This document shows, one piece after another, positions 57,813-64,000 of a stretch of DNA of 64,000 bases. A model generated the notes under the pieces. That model was not told the origin of the DNA. It saw only the letters and a program-made list of their open reading frames with translations, and ran no database searches. This stretch comes from Eledone cirrhosa (Eukaryota): contig OZ024747.1 of assembly GCA_964016885.1 (NCBI GenBank), positions 58,962,001-59,026,000 on the forward strand. Reading direction: 5' to 3'. Every line of letters begins with the position of its first letter. The first letter of the stretch is position 1. Made by a program: the position numbers and the translations under genes.

Positions 57813-58001
57813 ATCTCTATCATTCCTTCCTTAAGTCAATTACAAATAATGACACATCTGTTAGTCGCAACACCGATAATGCTTAGCTCATAATAACCCC
57901 ATTTCAATGACCCTTTCACACATATATATATATAGCTATATAGCTGATGAAGCTTGTTCGTGTGTACATAGACACACACACATATATATATATATATATA
58001 G

Positions 58002-58137
<136 letters not shown>

Positions 58138-58175
58138 GTGTCCATATATATATATATATATATATATATACGTGT

Positions 58176-58209
<34 letters not shown>

Positions 58210-58215
58210 GTGTCC

Positions 58216-58249
<34 letters not shown>

Positions 58250-58267
58250 TCATATATATATATATAC

Positions 58268-58309
<42 letters not shown>

Positions 58310-58522
58310 GTGTCTATATATATATATATAAATATGTATATATATATAGATATATATATAGACACGTATATCCATACATACTTACATACATATATACATA
58401 CATTAATATACAAATAAATACATAGCTATATAATTCTTGCATATGCACGCATACATATTGACATATATACAGAAATACGTACATACATACGCAATCCACA
58501 CACGCATAGTTATGTATAGTGC

Positions 58523-58555
<33 letters not shown>

Positions 58556-58930
58556 TATATAAATATATATGTATATAGCACACAATTTAACATACGTACA
58601 CTGAAATTCATTGTCATCACTCATAGACATAGACACATGTACACATACATACCGTGACTTTTACACATGTAGCACAGGCTGTCTCAGAATCACACAAACA
58701 AATATAGGTAATCACTCACACACACTTACACATAGACACACACACGCGTACACGCATACACAAATACTTTTATCCTTCCTATTTATCTCCAATGGTTGTG
58801 AACAGTATCAACCTCCATAGCTGGAGAGCGATAATCAAGGGGGGGTTAACAATCAATATCATAGTCAGGTGTAGTATATATATATCTATATAATTATATA
58901 TAAGTATATATATATATATATATTTATATA

Positions 58931-58980
<50 letters not shown>

Positions 58981-59028
58981 GTACATATATTATATATAAG
59001 TATATATATATATATATATTTATATATT

Positions 59029-59067
<39 letters not shown>

Positions 59068-59069
59068 AC

Positions 59070-59128
<59 letters not shown>

Positions 59129-59130
59129 AC

Positions 59131-59173
<43 letters not shown>

Positions 59174-59527
59174 ATATAAATGTGTATAAATATATGTGTG
59201 TGTATGTTTATGTGTGTGTGTGTGTGTGTGTGTGAAATACTGCGGGAATGACCGTTGGCCTGCTGCCCACATACCATTGATCTCTCGTTATGTCGGTGAC
59301 TTTAATCAGTCCATGTATTGATTTGGTGTAAAAGAGTAATGGCAGGAGAGGAGGGGTGGTGCCAGGGATGTGGTTGGTTGCCAATTTGTGTATAGAACCG
59401 TACAACAAGCCGTAACGTTTTATGGTTCCTTCAAAACAGCTTGTAGAGTCAGGCACATGTAATTATGTATTCGTGTGGTACACTATATGTATATAGTATG
59501 TATATAGTATATAAATATATATATATA

Positions 59528-59585
<58 letters not shown>

Positions 59586-59589
59586 TATA

Positions 59590-59641
<52 letters not shown>

Positions 59642-59690
59642 CATGCGTCTCAATCTCTCTCTCTCCCTCTCTCTCTTTGTCTCTCTTTAT

Positions 59691-59760
<70 letters not shown>

Positions 59761-59843
59761 CAAGTTTAATATAGAAATGGCTTCTACAGGATTACAACTG
59801 TTTCTTTCGGTTACCCACGATTGAAGTCAGGAGTCATATATAT

Positions 59844-59945
59844 GCAGGATATTCTCAAAAAATGTATACCCACTTTAACAGCATTCTAATGAATATTGCC
59901 TGTACAGGTGATCAAAGTGTGTATACATTTCTCGAGGACACCCTG
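59844..59945. mobile_element. Tc1/mariner-type MITE
   Basis: Homologous to 7940-8040; ends GGACACCCTG followed by TA. Confidence 0.65.
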
Positions 59946-59977
<32 letters not shown>

Positions 59978-60229
59978 TATACTTGTGTGTTGTATGTAAA
60001 AACATATATAGGTGTTATATGTATGTATATATGTGTATGTAGCTCCTTTGTGTACGTATGTCACTCTCTGCTCCCCCTCTCTCCTTTTTTATGTATCAAT
60101 CACTTTTCCTCACCCTTGTGTCTCACTTCAAATTCTGCCTTACTACTCTTCACATTACTTATTAACTTTGATTTACCATTTAGCTTTCTCCCCCCCCCCC
60201 CTCGCTCTCTCTCTCGCCCCCCCCCCCCC

Positions 60230-60312
<83 letters not shown>

Positions 60313-60464
60313 CAAAGATGGCGTGGTAAGATACCAGGAAGACCATAATGCACCAGAGTACTCAATACTTGCGGTAGCACAGTGGGTAATAAGAATCTAT
60401 TGCCCACTCGGATCTAGCTGTCGAAACAGCCGGAGCTCAGCCATCGGGGTCCTATTTATCTCTT

Positions 60465-60501
<37 letters not shown>

Positions 60502-60834
60502 TGTTCTATATTTTGGTATCCCGTCTCTCTTTCTTTCTCTCACGAATTTACAAACACATCTCTGCCGTCTCCTCATAGATACTACTATATAAATCCTAAC
60601 ACGATTGCTCTCCCTTTCCATAGCTATGTATTTCGCTTTCTCCTGTTATCTTATTTATCCCGCTCACCCTCGCGTTCTTTCTCTTACTCCCTCTCCTTCA
60701 CTCTCTCACTCGCATTCTCTCACTTTCTTTCTCTCTCCCTCACTCTCATTCACACTCTCTCTCACTCTCATTCCCTTTCTCTCCCTTACTTTCTTTCACT
60801 CACTCACTCTCTAGCTCAAACTTTCATTCTCAAA

Positions 60835-60934
<100 letters not shown>

Positions 60935-61048
60935 TTTGATACATTTTCTTACTCTGCTGTTAACTTTTAAAAATTTATCGTAAAACAAAAATTATTTCAT
61001 GAAAAACAAAAAGTAGTTTGCATATATATATATTGTATATATATATAT

Positions 61049-62848
61049 ATTGTGTAGTTGAAAGTACGTATGTATATATATATATTGTGTAGTGGAAAGT
61101 ATGTATATATATATATTGTGTAGTGGAAAGTATGTATGTATATATATATATTGTGTAGTGGAAAGTACGTATATATATATATTGTGTAGTGGAAAGTACG
61201 TATGTATATATATATATTGTGTAGTTGAAAGTACGTATGTATATATATATATTGTGTAGTGGAAAGTATATATATATATATATTGTGTAGTTGAAAGTAC
61301 GTATATATATATATTGTGTAGTGAAAAGTATGTATGTATATATATTGTGTAGTTGAAAGTATGTATGTATATATATTGTGTAGTTGAAAGTATGTATGTA
61401 TATATATTGTGTAGTGAAAAGTATGTATGTATATATATTGTGTAGTTGAAAGTATGTATGTATATATATTGTGTAGTTGAAAGTATGTATGTATATATAT
61501 TGTGTAGTTGAAAGTATGTATGTATATATATTGTGTAGTGAAAAGTATGTATATATATATATATTGTGTAGTGGAAAGTATGTATGTATATATATTGTGT
61601 AGTTGAAAGTACGTATGTATATATATTGTGTAGTGGAAAGTATGTATGTATATATATTGTGTAGTTGAAAGTATGTATGTATATATATTGTGTAGTGAAA
61701 AGTATGTATATATATATATATTGTGTAGTGGAAAGTATGTATGTATATATATTGTGTAGTGGAAAGTATGTATGTATATATATTGTGTAGTGAAAAGTAT
61801 GTATATATATATATATTGTGTAGTGGAAAGTATGTATGTATATATATTGTGTAGTTGAAAGTACGTATGTATATATATTGTGTAGTTGAAAGTATGTATG
61901 TATATATATTGTGTAGTTGAAAGTATGTATGTATATATATTGTGTAGTGGAAAGTATGTATGTATATATATTGTGTAGTTGAAAGTATGTATGTATATAT
62001 ATATATTGTGTAGTGGAAAGTATGTATGTATATATATTGTGTAGTGGAAAGTACGTATGTATATATATTGTGTAGTTGAAAGTACGTATGTATATATATT
62101 GTGTAGTTGAAAGTATGTATATATATATATTGTGTAGTTGAAAGTACGTATGTATATATATATATTGTGTAGTGGAAAGTATGTATGTATATATATTGTG
62201 TAGTGAAAAGTATGTATGTATATATATTGTGTAGTTGAAAGTATGTATGTATATATATTGTGTAGTTGAAAGTACGTATGTATATATATTGTGTAGTTGA
62301 AAGTACGTATGTATATATATTGTGTAGTTGAAAGTATGTATATATATATATTGTGTAGTTGAAAGTACGTATGTATATATATATATTGTGTAGTGGAAAG
62401 TATGTATGTATATATATTGTGTAGTGAAAAGTATGTATGTATATATATTGTGTAGTGAAAAGTATGTATGTATATATATTGTGTAGTGAAAAGTATGTAT
62501 GTATATATATTGTGTAGTGGAAAGTATGTATATATATATATTGTGTAGTGGAAAGTATGTATATATATATATTGTGTAGTGGAAAGTATGTATATATATA
62601 TATTGTGTAGTTGAAAGTACGTATGTATATATATATATATTGTGTAGTTGAAAGTACGTATGTATATATATATATTGTGTAGTTGAAAGTACGTATGTAT
62701 ATATATATATTGTGTAGTGGAAAGTATGTATGTATATATATTGTGTAGTGGAAAGTATGTATGTATATATATTGTGTAGTGGAAAGTATGTATGTATATA
62801 TATTGTGTAGTGGAAAGTATGTATGTACATATATTGTGTAGTGGAAAG
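61049..62848. repeat. ~31-bp minisatellite, roughly 58 units
   Basis: TTGTGTAGT(TG/GG/GA)AAAGTA(T/C)GTA(TG)(TA)n repeated. Confidence 0.95.
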
Positions 62849-62865
62849 TGCTGACTCAGTATTGT

Positions 62866-63050
62866 GGATGGGCAGTATCGGTAGAGGGTCGGATGCCATG
62901 CTTTGACGTATAGAGTTACGGCCCTTGCCATTCTGAGTTCATATCCCGCTGAAGTTAACTTTGCCTTTCATCCTTACGAGGTCGATAAAATAAAGAACCA
63001 GCAAAGCACTGGGTAATTGCTGGCTTTGTGCCTAACGTAGAAACAATTAT
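62866..63050 (+). mobile_element. Meta/MESC-like SINE
   Basis: Same family as 1612-1798. Confidence 0.85.
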
Positions 63051-63935
63051 TGAATATGGTCAGTGCAAGATGTGTAAAAAATGTTCCTCAGCTTATCAAA
63101 CTCTAAATTGAAATTATTTCCTTTGAGAAAATAGAGCACATAATTCAAGGAAATGTGTGCACAATTCAGATCTAGCCTAGAGCGATAAATAGCGAAGCAC
63201 CGCTTGTAACTGTTGAGGAACAGAAGAGTATTGAATTTGTTCGGTTCAGATCAATTTCTCTGCTTATTTTGTCGCTTCAGAATAAATTAGTGCAACATCC
63301 TGGCATAACATATTTAGATTGATTAAAAGTTCACGGTAAAAATTGAGTGTGACAAGGTAACAATTTAAAGACATAATATGACACCATGACAGGAGAGTGT
63401 TCGATTAGAATATCATATGCAGCTATGTTGTAGTAATCAACTTCTGTCTATTATTAGTAGTTATACAATATCCCTTCAGCAACAGAAATTAATACTAAAT
63501 TATTGAAACTACTGTAGAGAATCTCGTGTTTATACATGCCGCAACGGAAATAAAGACACATCAATAATAAATTCCAAAGACTAGTTCTACATTCTTCCTT
63601 ACACAGGCATACCACGTACATACATACATACATACATACACACATACAAACATTAATACATACATACAAACATTAATACTTATATATACACACACACATA
63701 CATACATGCATCCAAACATATATATACATACATATATACATACATTCATACATATAGTGTGTATATAGTCCACCGTATGCCAGCACGGAGATCTGACACA
63801 CACACATACATGCCTAATTGTATAACATATATACATACACATGTTTGTGCGTCTGTGTGTGTGTGTGTATGTGTCTTACCTCTTATATTTATTTTTATTT
63901 TTATTCTCCTATCTAAGATACTTTTTACCTTTATT

Positions 63936-63994
63936 ATTCCTGATGAGGCGATAACTGAAGGTTATTAATTAATCGAAATTATCGATTATAGATT
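63936..63994 (+). ncRNA. Degenerate hammerhead motif
   Basis: ATTC-CTGATGA-GGCGATAAC-TGAAG-GTTATT...C-GAAA-TTATCGATTA-TA-GATT. Confidence 0.5.
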
Positions 63995-64000
63995 TCTTCT

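Noticed and set aside
60992-62931. 635- and 644-aa ORFs and a superficially CRISPR-like regular array
   Set aside because: The spacers are only TA/TATG length variants, there are no cas genes, and the context is eukaryotic; it is a minisatellite

Overview
AT-rich, repeat-saturated animal intergenic or intronic DNA. The SINE complement and the huge (TA)n/(TG)n/(TATG)n load suggest an octopus-type cephalopod (inference). No intact protein-coding gene is supported: almost all long ORFs in the track are microsatellite translations (YI/VC/HT repeats). Identifiable content is tRNA-derived SINEs (Meta/MESC-like and V-like), 3' fragments of RTE-clade LINEs, a short bipartite RTE derivative, mariner relics, hAT and Tc1/mariner MITEs, minisatellites, and a Penelope-like GIY-YIG fragment. 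The main unexplained signal is a dense population of short inserts inside (TA)n tracts that carry type I hammerhead ribozyme motifs: about 16 three-helix motifs from about 11 unrelated sequence families, plus half-motifs. Many sit in fold-back palindromes, and they include core variants (U3-A8 covariation, CCGAAGA, CUGUGA), a ~100-nt helix II, and palindromes that appear to fold back inside helix II. They are most simply read as Penelope-like pLTR remnants. All structures were folded by eye and no activity or database check was possible.
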